Below are positions 32,671-33,190 of a stretch of DNA of 33,190 nucleotides, piece by piece. Positions within the stretch are counted from its first letter, which is position 1. Each line of letters begins with the position of its first letter. The notes beneath the pieces were generated by a model. The model searched no databases. It was not told the origin of the DNA and saw only the letters and a list, made by a program, of their open reading frames with translations. Origin of the DNA: a virus (Duplodnaviria > Caudoviricetes); the IMG/VR virus record IMGVR_UViG_3300048577_000421, positions 1 to 33,190 of that record, one strand, 5' to 3'. The position numbers and the translations under genes were made by a program.

Positions 32671-32868
32671 ATGGATGAAACTTCGAAAGATTTGAAAATC
32701 AGGATCAGATCTTTCTCTGCTAAGCTTGATGCCCTTTGTCTGGCGCTGACTCCTGAACAGAAGGACGTTTACCATCAATCGCTGCTTGATTCGAAGAATA
32801 AACTTCGTGAGTCTCTCGGAGAACTTTCTCCAGAGCAAGCTGAACTTCTTGATAAGTTGTTTTCTTAA
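32671..32868 (+). CDS. Small helical hypothetical protein antisense to the early operon
   Basis: 65-aa amphipathic sequence; near-consensus -7 box TACATTTA at 32635-32642. Confidence 0.45.
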   Translation: MDETSKDLKIRIRSFSAKLDALCLALTPEQKDVYHQSLLDSKNKLRESLGELSPEQAELLDKLFS

Positions 32869-32935
32869 GTTCATCTCGCACCATTTCTAGCACGAGTGGT
32901 GCGAGAATTTTTTTTAATATTTCCTTTATCATCAC
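32720..32935 (-). CDS. Small hypothetical early protein
   Basis: Co-oriented between the Ner-like gene and the transposase; overlaps the plus-strand ORF. Confidence 0.4.
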   Translation of the reverse strand: MMIKEILKKILAPLVLEMVRDELKKTTYQEVQLALEKVLRETHEVYSSNQAAIDGKRPSVQESAPDKGHQA

Positions 32936-32980
32936 GCGTTATTTGTCGTTACTCGCATTTTCGTTTTGTGCCTTTACCTT

Positions 32981-33190
32981 CTATTTTTTATCAGGTTCAA
33001 CACTCTTCTCTATTCCACCTCTTTCAATTGCGGCTTTTCTTATTCTTAGCGCCTGGGGAGATTCTATTTCGCCTGCTAATGCCTTGCGAACAGTTGGGTG
33101 GCTGGCGTTAAGCAGCTTGCCCAATTCCTTCTTTTCTCCTATATCCACCAATATGGGATTGAGCCCCTTTACAGTCTTTTTTGTTCTCAT
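32981..33190 (-). CDS. Ner/Cro-like HTH regulator
   Basis: 69 aa, KELGKLLNASHPTVRKAL.G...A.RIRKAA; first early gene in the window, upstream of the transposase. Confidence 0.75.
   Translation of the reverse strand: MRTKKTVKGLNPILVDIGEKKELGKLLNASHPTVRKALAGEIESPQALRIRKAAIERGGIEKSVEPDKK

Larger units (their letters stand above)
1..33190. mobile_element. Mu-like transposable prophage with contractile tail, probably Bacteroidota host; ends and repressor lie outside the window
   Basis: DDE transposase and MuB-like ATPase co-occur with terminase, portal, MuF, protease, capsid, sheath, tube, tape measure, baseplate and fibre genes. Confidence 0.95.

Noticed and set aside
1-33190. CRISPR array, rRNA, Mu att ends (TG...CA) and c repressor
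   Set aside because: No repeat-spacer array or rRNA seen. The window starts and ends exactly at CDS boundaries, so the ends and repressor cannot be assessed.

Overview
The window is a near-complete Mu-like (transposable) contractile-tailed prophage. Its TAnnTTTG-type promoters and lipoprotein signals point to a Bacteroidota host (inference). It is cut at gene boundaries, so no repressor gene or att ends are visible. Right to left: a minus-strand early operon (Ner/Cro-like HTH, MuA-like DDE transposase, MuB-like ATPase, a second P-loop ATPase, GemA-like, DUF3164-like, Zn finger, HNH, MazG-like, YejK/NdpA-like nucleoid protein, small ORFs). Next is a plus-strand packaging operon (terS, terL, amidase, gp36-like, portal, MuF, gpG-like, tail terminator). 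Divergent from it is a minus-strand operon (protease/scaffold, capsid, lysis, sheath, tube, chaperone, tape measure, baseplate, fibre), then a lipoprotein moron and an adenine methyltransferase interrupted by an in-frame stop. The most interesting signal is at 20341-21764. A -1 slippery heptamer plus hairpin at the end of the portal gene would fuse portal to a MuF protein with a PBECR2-like C-terminal nuclease. No immunity ORF follows. Instead there is a convergent ~75-nt structured RNA with its own promoter and U-tract, a candidate RNA antitoxin. All family calls come from motif recognition by eye, not database searches.
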